The notes beneath the pieces are model-generated. The model was not told the origin of the DNA. It did no database searches and worked only from the letters and a program-made list of their open reading frames with translations. 64,000 bases of DNA from the human T2T-CHM13v2.0 reference genome, Homo sapiens, in the NCBI RefSeq assembly GCF_009914755.1, contig NC_060947.1; one strand, 5' to 3'. Below are positions 1 to 14,000 of the stretch, piece after piece (within the stretch, counting starts at the first letter, position 1; the number at the start of each line of letters is the position of its first letter). The translations under genes were made by a program, and so were the position numbers.

Positions 1-1454
1 TTACAAGTCATCCCCACAAATCCACCAAATAAGAAGTTTCCCTTCTCCTAATTAAAAGGCAGTAATGCAATTACTGATCCCAAGGGTATACAATAAATAT
101 ATGTCAGTAATGAGAAGGTCAGAAAAAGTAAATTGTTAGTGTACAAAATAGAAAATGCCTGTCCCTGCTAAGGAAGCTAGTCAAGAGTGGGGATTAGGGT
201 CCTTTAGCTGCTCCCAATGCAAGACACATAAAAAAGTAGCTGAGGTTTTGTTTTCTTATTTATCACCAAAGAATATATGAATTTGAAAGACCTTGCACAC
301 AGGAGCTCTCTTGATCCATGGAACATAAACATGTCAGTGTCTTAACTAGCCATGATATACTATCATCTTCCTCTAACAACAGAAATTCAGTGACTTATGC
401 AAAGTTGTAAGAGTCAGTGGCTGAGTCAACAGTCCCCAAAAATCTCTGTCAAAAATTCAAAACTTGTTAATTTATACAAAATATTACAATGACTGCCACT
501 CTCGCTCTTTCTTCGTCTCCTTCTCCCTCTTCCTCTGCATTTCTCTCTCTCTCATACACACACATACTCCACCCTACCTAAGTGCTTCTCAAAGTCAACA
601 TGATGGGCTAATTTTTATTGTACCGTATAGTATCGTTATTGAGCATGGACTAGAGCATTCAAATTAATAGACTTGGTATTCAAGTTATTAGAAACCACTA
701 AATATGTCATATAAGGTTTACCAATTTTTAAGAGTTAGAATAAAATAAAATTTACTCATGACTAAAAATATATTGTGTATGAAGTTATCTTTCATTGATG
801 ATTCAGCACTGCTCTGGAAAGACTTCACACAGTTAAGTAAAAGACACCATCTTTGGAATGACAGGACCATGAAAGTTTGTTCTAGGTAAAGCAACTGATC
901 CTAAGGTCTCTGGGAAAAGAAACAACCTAGATTATTTCTCAAGTGAGTAAACATTGTCAGAATTGTTATATAAAATGCTAAAAAAAAAATCTTACCTTGA
1001 GATTGCAAACTCAAATATTCTTGACACCTTGCCTTCTATTTTCAAATCAGAAATCCCAACTTTCTGCCCTTAAAAGTAATATTGTGGTATCTCATTTTGT
1101 AGATCAGAATGTTTACTTCTCTAGAAGTATCTTCATCTTTTGGGCTTTTAAGATATTACCCTGAGAGGTCAAATTTACTATATGGCATTGTCACAACTTC
1201 AGGCTTAAATAGGTTCAACAAAATGCCAATTTATCTATCGAGAGCTCTAGGTGATATTGTGTGAATGACAAAGAGTTTGCTGTTGTGTGCCAAGAGTTAT
1301 ATTTAGGTTTCTGGCACAAATTAATAATTACTTATAACATTTTATAAAAACAAGAAATCATCTTGACAGCCTTTCATCCAAAGCAACATCAGTCGTTCTA
1401 TTAGTATTGGAGTTTTTGCAGTGACAAGGAGAAAATGATGGGTAATAATATCAG

Positions 1455-1590
1455 AAATAATAGCAAATGCTAGGCATTTGCTAAATGCTTTTACATATAT
1501 TATGTCACTTAAATCTTCAGCAAACCTATGACATAGGTACTATTGTTAGCTCCAATTTACAAACAAGGTCGCCAAGACCTAGAGAAGTGA
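1455..1590 (-). mobile_element. MIR SINE fragment
   Basis: Antisense MIR core: gctaaatgcttttacat...cctatgacataggtactattg...tttacaaac. Confidence 0.7.
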
Positions 1591-1602
1591 GGGTGTCCAC
1601 AG

Positions 1603-1931
1603 CAGGGGTCCCCAACCCCTGGTACCAGTTCATGACCTGTTAGGAACCAGGACACACAGCAGGTGAGCCATGAGCTTGCATTACTGCCTGAGCTCTGCCT
1701 CCTGTCAGATCAGTGGTGCCATTAGATTCCCATAGGAATGCAAACCCTATTGTGAACTGTGCATGTGAGGGATCTAGGTTGTGTGCTCCTTATGAGAATC
1801 TAACTAATGCCTGATGATCTGAGGTGGAATAGTTCCATCCTGAACTCCTCCCCAACCCCCGATGGACAGTCCATGGAAAAATTATCTTCCATGAAACCGG
1901 TCTCTGGTGCCAAAAAGGTTGAGAACTGCTG
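1603..1931 (+). mobile_element. MER1B (hAT-Charlie non-autonomous DNA transposon), near full length
   Basis: Termini CAGGGGTCCCCAACC...AAAAAGGTTGAGAACTGCTG; internal ctgagctctgcctcctgtcagatcag and gagggatctaggttg. 8-bp TSD GTCCACAG (1595-1602) / GTCTACAG (1932-1939). Confidence 0.92.
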
Positions 1932-2004
1932 GTCTACAGGATCTTTTGCTCAGACAAAATGACCTGGGTGTAGAATTGCATTGGTTGTTTCATATGACAG
2001 AGCA

Positions 2005-2245
2005 TTAATGTTTAGTGAGCATCTACCATGTGCCAGGAACTGGGCCAACTGCTTTACATAAGTTGCCTTATTTAATTCTGCCATCAGCCTTATGAGGTTG
2101 TTACTTTTAAACATATTGTACAGATGAAGGGAAGAAGGATACAAAGAAGTTAAGAAATTTTCCCAAGGTCATGCTACTAGTGAGGGCGGAGCTGGGATGT
2201 TAATCTAGATAGGTTTGATTCTACAGTTCACACTCTTTCCACTAT
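2005..2245 (-). mobile_element. MIR SINE, near full length
   Basis: tgagcatctaccatgtgccagg...tacagatgaagg...cccaaggtcatg...gagctgggat matches the antisense MIR consensus. Confidence 0.85.
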
Positions 2246-2679
2246 GAAGTAAAAATCAAACCAGCAAAAGGCAGGAAATAAATTTAGTTTAAGAATAATT
2301 TCCATATTGTTTCCTTGGAGTTAAAACTTTAATCATGAAAGCTAATCCCAGTGTCGGTGCCAAGAGTAACTTCCTGTACACAGAGCTTTTATCCTATGGA
2401 ACACAGGGTTACAGCATTCCGATCACTTTTAGCTTTTAGAGCAGAGAATGGGAACAGGTTGAAGCGATTCTCCAGAATTCTTTTCAGGCCAAATAAAGGG
2501 AAAAAATAGACACAAAATGCAAAATCGTCCAAACTTATCCATATGCAGCAGGGCAGCTTTCTCTAAGACAATGAGTTAACTCTTCCATCCCATTAGATCT
2601 CCCTCTGAGTACAAGAAGTCAGTCCCTCTAGCCTCAGTGGCCTGAAAGCTTTAATAGCCTACCCAAACAGAAACACCCC

Positions 2680-2825
2680 ATCAGCATTTCTCATTGGAAT
2701 CCCTTGGAATCATTGTTAAAAATTGCAGTTCCCAAGCCCAAGCCTTGAAAGCAGGACTTAGGAATCTGCATTTTAATAAGTATCCCAGATCACTTATATG
2801 CACAGTAAAGTGTGAGAATCACTAC
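2680..2825. mobile_element. MER5-type hAT-Charlie element
   Basis: ggaatctgcattttaataag...gcacagtaaagtgtgagaatcact, typical of a MER5A end. Confidence 0.65.
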
Positions 2826-3299
2826 ACAAAGCAATGAAAGTCTCAAGCCTTGTGTTCTGAATTTAGGATGCTCAGACACAGATAAGCTGAATTTATTTTC
2901 AAGGAAGGAAAGTCTCCTTTAATTTAATTAATATTAACAACCTACTTAACATAAGCTTTTAAGGTTTTCAGAAGCAGTAACCGGCAAACAGATTTAAGGT
3001 CTGTTCACATCCTTTGTATCTATCCATTATAGCAGGACATAGGATCTGCAACACGACCATATGTAGATCTCAGCAACCCTCTCTTAGCCTTTAAAGTTCC
3101 CTATATAAAGTTCAATGTTCATCTAAGAACATTCCATAACCCAGACTTTACCCTAAATAAGACTGATCTTACATAAATTTATCCCTAAATAATGAAATTG
3201 AACTATATTTCCCTTCTCACAGTTGAAATCAGTCTAAAGCAGGGAATAGTAGTCTCCATAATAAATAGCAATTAGTTGAGTGTTTACTGTATACCAGGC

Positions 3300-3650
3300 C
3301 CTATTACAAAACAAAATACTCCCTGGATTAAAAGGGCCCACAAGATGATTTTGCCTACTGTAAACTCCTCTTGAACATTCATAATGCACATGAACCTATT
3401 AAGGACTGCAAGAGGGCCTTGAAGGAAAGAAATCAATTTATTTTTCTTAACTCAGTTACAAAAACCTATCTGATAGCATACCCCTTTTATGAAGAAAACC
3501 TGACATACACTTTGAGAATGTGCTGCTACGCAACAGTGTTTCTCTAAGTGTCAGTGGCATCAAAATGCAAAGTCAGGAGCCCTACCTCAGACCTAAAGAA
3601 ACCAACTCTGTGAGGGGCTTCAGGAATCTGCATTCTTAGGTACACTGCTC
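3300..3650. mobile_element. Adjacent hAT-Charlie relics (unassigned MER plus MER5-like)
   Basis: cacactttgagaatgtgctg-type terminus near 3510-3525, then cagtgtttctctaag...caggaatctgcattctt. Confidence 0.45.
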
Positions 3651-3954
3651 TAAGGTATACCAGGAGAATCAGCAGTTGCCCCAAAGATGACAGTTGAGGG
3701 AAATTGTTATAGCTACACTGGCAAGGCTGACTGAAAATTAAACAAAAAATTCCAAAATGGAAACTACCAAGTGACTATATTTCAACAATTGATAGTTCGC
3801 CAATCTAAAAAACTTGGGCTTTTTATAGGGGGAGATTCTTGCCCATACATAACTGGGATCCAAGAACAATGCACAGAACAAGTCCCACTAAATTGTCCAG
3901 CAAATTCTGCTGCCGCCTCAAGGTATAATAGGAAAACATAGGTGGGTAGATATG

Positions 3955-4095
3955 CTCTCCCACTTGCTAAGCTGTAGGACTTTAGCAAAACCACTTTACC
4001 TCTCTGACTTAGTTTTCTCATCTATAAAATGAGAACAATTATCTCTACCTCAGGGAGCCACTGTGAGAACTAAATGAGGCAGCACACACAAATCT
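3955..4095 (+). mobile_element. MIR SINE fragment
   Basis: cctctctgacttagttttctcatctataaaatgagaac...ctacctcaggg...gtgagaactaaatgag. Confidence 0.75.
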
Positions 4096-7039
4096 TCTAT
4101 TATAAATATGAAGTTCACAAACTGTTCGTTCCTTTTCCCCTTCTCTCCTTCCCCTCCTCCCCTAGTACAGTACAGCACTATGATGTCAGCATCATTAGCG
4201 TGGAGAAGACAGGAAATGTTGCTGTCAGTTTTAGTGTAGTTACTCTCTTCTGAGGGTAGTTTCCTTTAATGAACCCCTATGTCGCAATACTGAAGTAGCC
4301 ATTCAATTCTGCTAAGTAGGAGTCAACACCCACTGGGGTACACAGAGATGAAAAGGCAAGTCCTGCCCTCAAGTTGCTCATATCATAGTAGTGAAAATAC
4401 CTAGTGTGTCAGAAAATGGGAACTCTTTTTCTGGGGGCCAGAGAGATGGACGCAGCTGGTCACAGAGGCAAGCCAAACTGATGCAAAATGCATTATGGCT
4501 AAGTTAAATCAGAGAATCCAAGGACACCCAATGTCATCTTTATCTGTCCAGAAAAGCCAACTGCTGACCTAACCCAGGGCTGCAGTTCCAGGGCTCGGTT
4601 CCAGCAACCAGCACAAACCCAGTCACAGGCTGCTTTGTGCTTTGTGCCCGGTGCTGTACTACATATCAGCTAAAGCCAGTAAGCTGAGCTGACCTCTGCT
4701 CTCTAGGAGGAAAAGCACAGATGAAGGCAAACCTCTAATGCACACGAAAATAAGTGAAAACTTGGTATCAAACAAGCAAATAAATACATTTGCTCATATC
4801 ATTCTCTTCTCAGGTTCCTGTTGATTTTTCTCTAAGATGAAAAAGCTTAGGTGAGACTGAAATAAATGAACCTCAAGTCCCCAGCCTCCCCTACCTCAGC
4901 AACTTGTCAAGAGAGTTGGAGATTTTTTCCATCGTTATTTTTCAAAACCAATTTCCTAACAGTTGCATGACAATCAGCAGTCAAACTAATTGGAATGTTA
5001 CTTTAACATTTCTTCCTCCTTTTAGCATTTTTTGTGCTGTGTTGTGGGGAGGAAGGGATGTGAGGTTTCAGCGATGCTTACATAGAACCTTACCTTTCCT
5101 TTCCTTTCTTATCACTGCTCCCAACTGGGTCTTCAGCTTCTTGGGTCAGTGGGACAAACTACAAGCAACTGCTACAGTGTCCCTTTCAACTTGCATCTCT
5201 TCTCATATCTAGTGGGGTTTTGGGGATTGACAAGGTTGGCACTTCTCAGAGATGGAGGGAAGGGAGAGGCAGTGGTTGAGGAGCAGGACCAGAGGATGAA
5301 GTGCAGACTTGGCTAGTAATTTCTTGTACCTTCCATTTAACCCTATGCCAAGCCTCCACCACCACCACCACTGAGGAGAAGGAATGTCATAATTAAAGAA
5401 GGCTCTACGAATAGCACAGATATTGTTTCTAAACAGGAAAAAGAGTGGTAGGGGAAGGAATTCTATTAAGCAAACATTGTTGGTTTTTCTCCCCCTGATT
5501 TTCTTCGAGAAATGTGTGTAGGGAGAGACTACAATGAAGGGTCATAATCTATTAAATACACGGACTAAACTAAGTATGCCATCTCAAAGGAAAACATAAG
5601 TAGTGTTTAAAGGTCTGGTCTAGTCTCAGCTGGTCAGCCTAGAATCCACTGGACAACTGCACTTCATTACTAACATCTAACTCCTCAAATAGCCTTTTAG
5701 TACTATGTGATGCTGCTAAAGGGCAAAAGGTGCTGACAGGGACCATGGACATTTCTGCAGTGCCTGTCCCCCCGGTAGTGTTCAGATCTTGCAAAGCCAA
5801 CAAAACTGCAGCATAGGTCAGCTGCAAACTCCCCCTCATCAGAGACCTCCCTGAGCCAGCAAAGTCAAGGCTGTGAGCTCAGGGCCTTCAGAAGGTCACT
5901 GGAGAGGACAGTGAGTCTGCAGGATGAGTCAGGAGAATTGAGAAAGCCCAGCCAGTCCCCAGAGCCAGGCCTCTCGTAAGGCAGCCAAGGAAAAAGCTCT
6001 GTAAGAACCTGGAACACCCTGATAATGGAGAAGAGGGTGGAGGAAAGAAGCAACAGACAGACAAACTCCCTGTCCTCAGCATCAGCAAAAGAAGGAAGTA
6101 GACCAGCTTTATCCTTGACAAGTCCTTATCCCACTTTCAATACCCTCTCCAAATTACCTGAGACACCCACAGAAATGCCAGCCGACCAGGCATTTCCTAC
6201 CACCCGCAGGTTACCCCTTTCCCCAACAAACTCACCTTTCTCAGAGCTTCCCCAGTATTTCATGTCTTGTTTCCTCAGCATTTCTCTGCCTTGTCATTTT
6301 ATCATAACTGATCTGGGCCAATACACCAATTCCTGAGTTACTGTGGTCCCCAGCAGGGTCACATATTGGCAAGTAAACAGTTGCCTCTTAGCAACAGAGT
6401 ACTTGTACCCCAAAGGGTATGTGTGGTGAAAGGATTTCCAATGAAGGGGGGACCTCAGGCAGATAAATCCTGGGGGACCCCACATTCAATTTCATGTGTA
6501 CTGTTACCTCTCTCTCTCCTTGTTAAAGTGTAAGCCAGCTCAACAGATATCTGGCCAAAAGCCTAAAAACAAATTAGGTCCCAGAGTACCAAGATACCAT
6601 CTTTTGTGGGCCCCAAGATAAAAGAGCTTCATCTGAATTATTTCCGACAGATTGCAAACTGCTCATTTGTGATATAATCGTTTGGGGGAGGGGAAGAAAA
6701 AACAGGAGTTAAGAAAACTGTAGAGGAAGAAAACTTTTAAAGCAACACATAGTATGACAAAAATTGTGTGCTTAAAAGTTTTTGAAACCTTACATTGTTC
6801 CAAAGATGCTAAATAAGAAAGTGTATAACCTGAAAGGCCTACCCATGGCATCAGCTTGTATGCCTGGCACCTGGGAGAAAGTTGGGAGGTGGGACTTTGG
6901 TGGAAGGAAGAAGGTAATGATTGGCAGTTGAGGCTTTTTCTGAGATGACTGAGGATAAGACAAGCAGCTGGTATTCAGGTTATCCAGCTTATTAGAGGCT
7001 GTAGACACCATTTGACTTGCGATGGGTCTGACTTCCTAA

Positions 7040-7300
<261 letters not shown>

Positions 7301-10300
7301 TAATGGATATTACTGTCTCTTTAATGAGACTTCTCTGGAGAAAGAATACTGTGACCTCAAATTACTTGTGCAAGTGGACTTAGCAGGCCTGGCAAATGGA
7401 CCAAGCTTGTCTTTGGGTTCCTTCTCCTTCCTACTTCATAGCTCTGTCTCTCTACACCCCTATCATTGGGACCCATTTTTTTCCTGGTAATTTAGGGCTC
7501 CCCGTGACTCCATGCTTTCTCCCATCACAAGAATCTTTCCTATGAGGGCTCAGTTGTCTGCTTTCCAAAGTGACAGCTGGGGGCTAATGAGCTAAAGTGG
7601 TAGTGGCTGACAGTGAGTTAAATTCTTGACCCTTCAAATTAGAGCAGTTTGATTGGCAAGGAATGCCTTTCTAATGATAGCATTTTAAGCTTGTACTAGG
7701 CTGGAGGAGATGGCACTTGTGTGTAACGGGGTGCTGCTTGACACACCTCCAGTCACACAGTGGAAATGGCTGCCTACTTTACCCTGAACATAGCACAGAG
7801 GAGGTGCCTTGGCTGTTTAGAGGATGGAAGCAACCAGCTAACAAAAAAAAATTGCTTAATTTACAAATAACCTATTAGCATTGTCAAGAATCCACTCACA
7901 GGCAGGTGTCCATCCCTAAGAAGGCTGTGTATTTTACCTATGATTCTTGCTTTGTCTTTTGCACTTCTACCTTTCTTAACTGAGTCTGAGGCAAAGTGAA
8001 GTTGCCAAACTGTTAGTGCATTTTTCCTGGGTCATCTATAAACTTGCCTTCCTTACTAATGTTTTAGAATGAGTCTACCTCTAATCCCCACTTTCTTTTA
8101 AGGTTCAAGAAGTAGACCTCACTTTACTCAACAGCTGCATTACTGAAAATATGTGTATATGGGAAGGGCAATACCAATAAACACACCTCATTGAATCGAT
8201 CTATAATGTAAAGAATTCCATTATTCAGTAAACAAGCATAAGGCTGACCTTTGGCCAAATTGACCAGTAATACACAGCTGTGGTCAAAATATTATATGCT
8301 CCCATACCAGTTGGTAAATAGCTACTACACCTTGTCCTGGATGCCAGACTGTACTCTGAGATCCCTAGACCTCCACAAGATCCAGCAGCTAATACAGTAA
8401 TGCCTGACACAGCAAAGGGCCTCCGGGTCCTTGCTCCAGGGCTACAGCTGGAACCTAGACTGATTTGTTGTTTCCTGTGCTTTCCTATGTGAATATTATC
8501 CACAATTTCAAAGCTACTGAGTAGCAGGCACTAGGTGTGGCCATGAATGTGGACCATAATTACTTTGCTTAAAACTGTAATAGTGACACTGAGGTTTGTG
8601 TCAGTTCACTCTGCCCCATGCATTCCCATGGAGCAGAACGTCCACGACCTTCAAAAGATGGACGACATGAGCCCTGTTTCCAAAATAGCACTTGGCAGGC
8701 AGCCTAGATTTGGATGTGAACAGCAGACACAGGCTATGGGCATGATGGGCCAGCCCCCTGTCACATCACCTCAGGGGATCCTCAGCCTCATGGGACTCAC
8801 TAGAAAATCCTTTACATCTGAAAAGCAGAAATTATCTAGTCCACCTGAGTGCCCTGGGAGTGGGTCTGTATTCTTAGCCTCATGCTTCCAGTGCTGAGTT
8901 TAGAACAAAAGCCTCTATTCAAGGTCATATGGTGAGTCAGCTACTGAACAGGGAGTGAAAAGAAAGGGGGAACAAACAACCCACAACAGGATTAGCTTGA
9001 GCTGCCTCAACCTATGAGAAAGGCCTGGTCAAACCATTTATAGTCTTCATATATAGATAGCTTGAAGAATTGCCTCTGAAGGGTGTTAATGAACATAGGT
9101 AAGGAAGAATGGTGATAGTTAATCAGCAGTCCTGGAGACACAAATTTGTGGTCGCCTTGTGATACAGGTAAATTATACAATGAGTTTCTGCTTGCTGTCC
9201 TTATGTGTATCTTAAGAAATAACTCCTTCATTCTACCTCAGGTAAAAGCTCACTCTTTCTCCCAATGCACCTTGGCTACTGTCAACCTTGCACTAATATA
9301 AATGGATTCCTCCTTGTGCTAAAGGGAAGCAGAAAGAGCCCCATGTCTGAATTTGGAAGGTCTGAATTCTACTCTTGACTCTGCTAACTCTCTTGGTAAC
9401 ATTCAGGGAGACACATTCTGTTGTTTCATTTTCCTCTTTTTATCAAATAGGGATGACACTACTTCCTACTTCATGGGCTGGCATAGGAAGAAAACAGTAT
9501 TATACATAAGACTATTCGAACATTCCAATACCCTCCAAATACATGAGGAAATATGACTGTCTCAGAGATGCTCAATGAGTACATGGAAACCAGCACTTAT
9601 AGCACTTATCAAGCACCTACTATGTGCCTGGCACTTACACACTCATAGTTTTGTTGATCCTGACAACAATTCTATGGAGTAGATATTAGTTGTGGCATGT
9701 TAAATGATATGGGATAAAAATGACAATAAAATATGTCAGTGCATTCAAATTTTAACTTTATTTTTGAAGTAAGTAAATTTGATCCCCCTTAAATAACAAG
9801 CTTGCACACACACACTAAAATGGAATCCAAACTACAAATGACACAACAGATCAGTTTAGCATCAACTTGCATTTCTAAGATAAAATTGAAAGTAAACGTG
9901 TGAATCATTCCATAATTTATATCACAGAAGCAAAATATGGTTTGTGAAAGCTTGGAAAACATGTAGGGTAAGGATTATTACCCTGGAAGGAATGCATAGG
10001 TGTTTAAAAGGTAGACAATAAGTCTAAACAACTCCTCACGTTAAAATGACATAGTACAAGGAGGTAGAAATACAGCTTATATTGGGCTTAAGGTAGCAGC
10101 ACTGTGGGGCCTCCCAGAGGGGCACACAGAATGCCTTAAGAAAGGTACTGGGTGGAAACCCAGGTGGAGATATAAAATGAGGCAACAAAGAAAGGAAGGC
10201 TGATTTATATAAATTTTCAAATGCAAGCATGTGTGAGACTATCCAGGATATTGCAGACCTGTAGTTTCCTCCCTGACCAATGACAGGCTACAGCCGAAGC

Positions 10301-10874
10301 TGAACTCTGTTCCTTACAACCTTGGCCAAAGGAGGGATGAGATGCTTGAGGGGAGGGGATAGAGAGAGGGTGGCTGTTAACACTTTTATCCTCATCTTAC
10401 ACAAAGAAAATGGGGCCCAGAAAGTTGTTTCTTCAGGCATGCAGCTCATAACAAGGGACACTGGGAGTCAAACAAAAGTATATATGACCTTCCTATACAT
10501 ACTTTGTGTAAACAAAGTATATATGACCTTTTTATACTATAAAAATCCATGTTTTTTCCAAGAAAATGCACCACTTCCCCAAATCACATTCTCTTTCTCC
10601 CAAAAATGGTGCCAAACCCTTGGGTGATAGTGAAACATTGCTCCAAGCCCTTTCTAACTTAAGCGCCCCTCACAATGACCACACCACTAGTCATAAATGA
10701 TGAACATCTGTAAGCATTCCTACAAATGCTAAATATCACCATTTCATTGGTCAATAAGGGGAGACTATGTGACCAAGAAGCAGAGCAGTTCTCTATTAAC
10801 AAAGCTAACCTACCTTCCCAGGAGATCAAACTCATCCATGGCTTTATCTTGTCTCTCTTCTTTCCTCAGCCTCC

Positions 10875-11000
10875 CAGGCACAGAGATCCCTGAAGGCCAA
10901 GACTCTCTCTAAAACATTCCATCCAAATAGCCCCCATAGCATCCAGCACAGTACTTAACACATAGCAGACACTCAAAATATTTTATGAATCAATGAACTC
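10875..11000 (+). mobile_element. L2 3' end
   Basis: cagcacagtacttaacacatagcagacactcaaaatattttatgaatcaatgaa matches the L2 3' terminus. Confidence 0.7.
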
Positions 11001-11265
11001 TGTTTCTCCCACCATGTGTATAACAGTATGTCCTTAATGTCTTCATGTTATTAGAATCCTTGTGAAATTTAATCAGAGATTATAATGCAAAAAATATAAG
11101 AAATTGAGATGAAGGTAATAGTTGGCTTCTGAGAAACTCTCCTCTTTCTCAATCACTAACCTAGTAACATTCGTTCTAGTCTCATATCTAATACCACCAA
11201 CCAGAGGAACTAGAAGAAAACATCTCAGCTTCACCATTTTTAAAATTAATCGTATTTAGCTAGAG

Positions 11266-11443
11266 CAGAAGTTCTCCTCCCTAAGTTTTCATGAGAATTA
11301 CCTGGGAAAGCTTTAACAAAAACTGATGCTAGATTCTGTTCCCAGGGTTTCTGGTTTAGTTGATACTGGGTGAGACCTGAGCATCAGTGTTTTTTAAAAA
11401 CTCCCCAGTGAATCTGAAATGTTGCTAGGGTTGAAAACCACTG
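11266..11443. mobile_element. MER5A (hAT-Charlie) inserted in a MIR3
   Basis: CAGAAGTTCTC...GTTGAAAACCACTG termini; degenerate TSD AGCTAGAG / GGCTAGAT; flanks join into MIR3 (ctcagcttcaccatttttaaaat | ctagatgatccttgaggtcccttc). Confidence 0.8.
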
Positions 11444-12699
11444 GGCTAGATGATCCTTGAGGTCCCTTCTTACTCTGAAAATCAATATGCTGACTATAGC
11501 TGGGTGTCTGTTGATGTCATGGGTTGTTCTGACTGTTCTCCACTTTCCTCTCTAATACTGCACACCACGAGATCTATATCAAGTTGCTCAACAGCCTAAC
11601 ATCTTGTTTCCCTCCATTTACCTATTGACTTAAAACTTTGTGTACTCTTGGGGCTCCTAAGCACAACTATTGAGATCTACTTTTAATGCTATGTGGGTCA
11701 TTTTGCCACCAAAGAAGCTCCCCTGGCACCACGATGTGTCCCCAAAGCACTATCTGGCCTGCCCTGCTTCCAGGCGGGAAAGCCCAACAAGCAAGCATGA
11801 ACAGCTGGAGTGTTCCCACTGATCTGGAAGGAATCCGTAAGGACAATGCACTACTTTCTATTTCACTGGACTCTTTCATGGCACTGAGCCTGCCTATTCC
11901 ATTCGGCCCTTTGTCAAGAATGTCCTTGACACTTAAGGAATTGATTTCTTCTTCCTTTCCTTTAAATAATAAGCCAACAGATACGCAGGAGTTTTATAAG
12001 GTATCAATTTAACATACAAACTGCATTATGGCCTTTGAATGCTACAGCAAGAACCAATGCCTCATCAGCCAGAAAGACCAATATAGTGACAACCTAACGT
12101 TTTCTTAACCTGTCAAAACATTCCTGTGCTCTGGGCTTACTGAGAGCAGACATGCCAAGGATTTAGAAATGTCAAATTAAAATAGTCTGGGCTATTTTCA
12201 AAAAGACATGAGCCTTTTTAACCACTAGCATTCTATCAGCAATGCTTTTTCAGAATGTAGGGCTGCTAGAAGGCCCTCTTTCTGAAGAACGGTGTGAACA
12301 TTACACAGGGAACAGAGAGTTTCTCAAGGTCATATGATGGTTTTCTAGAAGCACTTCAACACAAATGTTTGCCTCATCTGTGGTTAGATGAGAAGGGCTG
12401 GAAATGTGGGGCAGGATAAGGGTGGAAGGGAGCACAGGGCAGGAGTCTAAATGAAAAATTCCCATACTACAAAGATCCTAAAATACAAATTTGAAAAAAT
12501 AGAATCTGGCATGGCCTTTTAGTGATACACAGCTAAGGTGCTCTTCAAGGATGGGAAAGTGCAGAGGTGCTTTGTTGTAGACCCTTGGTCAAATTGCCAA
12601 AAGTACATGAGGTCATTATTCTTTTCATTGCCAAATGTGTGGGAAGAGTAATCATCTCACCTTGCCCATTTGTTCTTCAGATTTACCTCCCATATTCAC

Positions 12700-13760
12700 C
12701 ACTCTGCTGCAACTGCTCTCATTCAGACACCAGTGATCTCCTAACAGCCAAGTCCTGTGGTTAGTTTTCAGTTCTCATTCTGACTGGCACATCTATAACT
12801 ATTTGATACTGTTGACCATCCTTTCCTTCTCTGACTTCTGTGATGGGGTCTCTCTCTAGATTCTCCTCCTATTTCTGTACTTTTATTTTCAGTTGCTTTC
12901 TTAAGCTAGTCTTCCCATATCCAGCTCTTAAATGATGGAGATTTTTCTTAGCCCTTTTCTCACTTTTGCAAAAGCTTCCATGCTATGACTTACATGATTC
13001 TAAGTCTTTATCTCTTGTCCCAAAATCCTTCCAAACTCTAAGCTCATATAGTCAACGCTCTTTTTGGACATCTTCAACCCAACAGACACTTATCCCCATT
13101 CCCAGTCTGCTCCTTCTCTTCTATTATTTCAGTCGCTACAATAACTTTCTAACTGGTCTCCCAACTGGCATTCTTTTTCTCATCTCTAACCTATTCTCCT
13201 CGTTTTTTTCCAGAGTTTTCTCTTGAAAACATAGATATATATCTGACATTTCCACTCTGTTTAAAAACTTTTATCGGGGCTTTTTTCTACTTATAAAATA
13301 AATCTACTCATTATCCCATAACATTCAAGGTATCTAACAAGCCAGTCCTGTTTTACCTTTCTAGTTTTACTTCTGATATCTCCCCTGTCATCCCTACTAC
13401 TTCCCAACACCTCAATCCCACCTATCTTACATATTTAAATTATCTAAATTATTTAAAGCAGTTAAATATTTAAATTTTAAATCATTTAAATATTTAAATG
13501 TAAATCCTTAAACATGCCGGGCTAGCTCATGGCTCAATGCTTTCTTTCACACTATTTCTTGTAGCTGGAAGAATTCCCCCTTCCCATATCCAAATCATAG
13601 TTTTAAAATGTCACCTTGACCAACTAAAATGTCACCTCCTGTGTAAAATCTCCAGGCAGAATTAATCGTGGTTTCCTCTGAACTTTCTGCAAACCATAAC
13701 TGTAGCACTTATGAACATTGTTTTACAATTAGGTGCGTGAAACCTCTTTAAAGATGGGGA
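12700..13760 (+). mobile_element. L2 LINE fragment (ORF2 end to 3' region)
   Basis: ccagtgatctcctaacagccaagtcc...tttgatactgttgaccatc...ttctaactggtctccc, pyrimidine-rich L2 motifs. Confidence 0.75.
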
Positions 13761-13789
13761 TTCTGCCACAGACTTCATGTTTAATATGT

Positions 13790-14000
13790 CTGGTTCTGGA
13801 ATCAGAGACTTGGATTTTAGTACCAGCTCTGGCACTTACTAGGTATGTAATTTGGGGCAAGTCAACCGGTGTCTCTAAGCTTCAATGTTCTCATCTGCAA
13901 AACAATAACAATAGTGTTGCAAGTAAATGAGATAATGCATACAAAACACCTATAGTGCCTGACACATAATAAACACTCAACAAATGTTAGCTATGACTAT
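13790..14000 (+). mobile_element. MIR SINE
   Basis: ctggaatcagagacttgg...ctctggcacttactagg...ggggcaagtc...ctcatctgcaaaac...gtgcctgacacataataaacactcaacaaatgttagctat. Confidence 0.85.

Noticed and set aside
10112-10126. CTCF-like motif CCCAGAGGGGGCAC (also GGAGGGCGCT at about 63417)
   Set aside because: Only the 3' half of the core matches; not supportable without ChIP data.
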